DNA from: Haliotis rufescens
Taxonomy: Eukaryota
Direction of reading: 5' to 3'
DNA length: 64,000 nucleotides
Assembly (NCBI RefSeq): GCF_023055435.1
Contig: NW_025963890.1
Coordinates: 4,712,001-4,776,000 of the forward strand
The first letter of the stretch is position 1. Each line of letters starts with the position of its first letter. The notes beneath the pieces are model-generated. The model searched no databases. It was not told the origin of the DNA and worked only from the letters and a program-made list of their open reading frames with translations. A program made the translations under genes and the position numbers. Positions 61,116 through 64,000 of the stretch are shown here, piece after piece.

Positions 61116-64000
61116 AGAAGAACCATCTTCACGCCCTTTGAATCAAGAGTGACACAAGGGGCAGAGTGAGGTACTCAGTCCTGCTTACGATTTTCACAGA
61201 TTTGGTGATAATTACCAGCAATTCATTGGTGCGAAGACGACCCCCCTCGAAGAATTTCAGAAGGAGGGGGTAACTCAAAAACACTGGCTGCGAATACGGG
61301 GGAGAACGATTGGAAATCCTCAACAACTGCGTGTTCAGATTTACTGCATTCTTCTCTATTTTTTTATACCTCTTTATATGTTTTCTTTAGATCTTTTTTA
61401 TTCCTTGTCGGTGCGCCCCCATGGGAATACAGTGCTGAAGTTCTATTGTCGGTAACACGCAGACTTTTAGGGTATTTCAAAATGCGTACTTTGTGTCAAA
61501 CATCATCGGATTTCGTCCCAATAAAGATATCAGTGTTTCTTGAAACATTGACACTGTGTAATACATTACCTCTTAAGGACGAAGCTTAAAGATAAGTTTG
61601 TATCGTTATAATTATTTGCTTCTGTTTGGGATTAGGAATAATCATTGAATTTTACCGTAACTTAATTCGCAAGGACTATTGAAATTGGTTGCCATGTTGC
61701 GGCAAAAGAAGTTGGATTATTGGCAAAACAGTTAGTGTAAATTTCCTTCTTTAAATCTATGTAATAATTCGAGCATATAGCAGAACACTCTAATACATTA
61801 TTTCAGTAGAAATTCTAAGAAAATGCATATTTGATGTGACACTCAGACTAAAGCATAGCAACTGGATATTCAAAAACAACAAAGTTGCAACAAAAATAAT
61901 ATTTTATGTAATAACGTTTGACGCACTCGTCAATGAAATATACTAGTATACGTTTGACATCAGATATGTTGTTTGTTTTAAATACTAGCTACTTATTTAC
62001 ATTGGTACAGTTACATAACCACTGCCTCTTCTCTTTGTATCATTATCTTTCATTATTTGTCATCTATGTTCAAAGTTTGAATAATATGAATATAAAAACC
62101 AGAGAAGATTAAGTTAGGTAAACGACTAAGGTTACTGGCTATGAAATCAGTTTTTCTTTTTATTCATGTTACATATTGTATTGTAAGTATTACACGCAAC
62201 GTTAATATCGCTGTTCTTTCATCGCGTGTCAAGTGCCATTTTATAGGCATCTTATTCCTAGATTCTCGACAAATCTATCAGATAAATTTGCAATTATCGT
62301 GTCAATTGACTGACGATTATGCTTGCTTTATTACCCTACATGTAATAATGATCTTCACGAACGTACACAGGAGATATTGGTGCATTGGTACATAGTTTGA
62401 CTTTTAGATCCATTACAGAACTCTGCCATTAAGCCTATCTCGCATTCCACGTGCACGAGTATGTATCATTTAACCTTCTAATTACTACTTACAAATATGT
62501 CGATTTCACCACTGACATCGACAAGGTTGTCCATTACGGTGTTTATTGCATGTAATGCACGTGCGGCCTTGCACACATGCACACTTGTACATTGCAAGTA
62601 TTGGTGATTCTGTTGGATAAAGTATGCGGGAAAGCGGTAATTAGCTACCCCAGCGGGACATATAATGTCTTATATCTCGGATGACTCGCCCTTATCTGAG
62701 ATACCCGCGTCTCAGTGGAATCAACATAGTGATTTATGCATTGGCAGATTCCACTCGCTGTTGGAGCTATACACCTGTTGCAAAGAGCGTCTTGTGAAAT
62801 CCCCCATATTGTTTTATTACGGGATATTGCTATACCAGCGACCCGCCAATGCCCGAGCAGAGCCTCTTGATGTGCTTGTCCGAGGGCGTAGAGCACCTAG
62901 TATCCCCTCGTCTCTCATGTGGTCAGCATATGACAGCCAGCGTTGACAGGGAACAGTTTTGCCGACAATTATTCGCGAAATGATCAAAAGGGAAATTCGA
63001 TTTTGAAATTGAATCTCGCAATTAGGCGGTACTTGCATCTACTATTACGGCACACAAATACCTTTCTTTCGCCCCCCTGACAAATGTAGGACTCCGCCCT
63101 CCCTTGTAATATATTCGACCTCCGCACTTGTTCACCCTCTTACACACATGGATATACATTTTTATCGTTCTTGGGTCGCCGTATTTATCATCTTTCTCAC
63201 AAGAAGGTCGTGACCTCACCACCTTCAAGGAATATTTAATACTTTTTGTGTTGACATTTTTAGTACTTGTATTAAAACAGATTCACATAAATGAGAAGTA
63301 TACGTGATTAAAGGGTATTTATATTTAGGACATGCTTTGTTAACGTTCAAGAAATAAAGGGCTGTTTGTTTCATACAAGCCCAAGCATGTGGCAGTAATG
63401 TTAACTCGATTTGTAGTGATTAAACTTTAAACGTTTATATCTATAACGTGTTTATTGATGAATAAAGTCAGCTGCAAGCCTCGTGCCAATTTCAACATAA
63501 GGATTCAGTGTATACGATAACAATTCAACATGGAAAAGGAAAGACGTGTCTTCAATGGTTTGCAAACATAAGCACTGGTAAGTTAGAATCAAATAGTTAA
63601 CTTACGTTTTCAAATATCTGTAGCATACAAGATAAACAAAATTATCAATGAATAAAAAAACATTTTTTGACGTTATAGTAATCTCCAGCTCAAAGCATTC
63701 GTGAGTTTCTTTAAAAGAGTTCCTGTTGATGACATTTCCAAATTTGACGCATCAGTTAGCAAAATGCTGTCTGGTGCCATTCCCTATTTGACTTTTACCC
63801 TATGTTTTCCTGTGTTTCCGGTGAACAAGTGTCTTGTCTTTGCATGTGTTTGTGATGGGTGTAACCGTTTGGGCACCTGCATTTAGAAGAGATTTCCTGT
63901 GATAATGGAAAGGGATTTGTCGCCTTAACTTACTAAAAACTAAATTGTCAAAACATGTATAATGTTCATTTATAATTGTGTATATTTCAGTCACCGTGAT

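Overview
Repeat-rich, AT-rich animal genomic DNA with three N-gaps. The SINE repertoire and Dmrt sequence point to a mollusc, probably an abalone-like gastropod (inference from recall, not a search). Two protein-coding genes are supported, both on the minus strand. (1) A Dmrt2-type transcription factor with three coding exons (49604-49240, 46238-46102, 43251-42368; 1386 nt, 461 aa, GT-AG and phase-consistent), carrying a DM domain, the Dmrt2 motif MRKRRxFADKELE, a DMA-like domain and a C-terminal eh1-like FSVESI motif. (2) A 117-aa single-pass membrane protein (5632-5279) with a KCNE/MinK-like layout. The rest is introns and intergenic DNA with four SINE-like families sharing one LINE-type 3' tail, TA-flanked MITEs, a Helentron-like element, minisatellites and older dispersed repeats. 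Most unusual observations: a retroposon family with no tRNA head and a fixed 5' end that can fold into a multi-stem, kissing-loop RNA, plus a tandem array of decayed copies of that head; two 24-25 bp CAGAGACC hairpins with 7-bp target duplications resembling P-element excision footprints; and a perfect 59-bp palindrome. Most other ORFs in the track are repeat-derived or chance.
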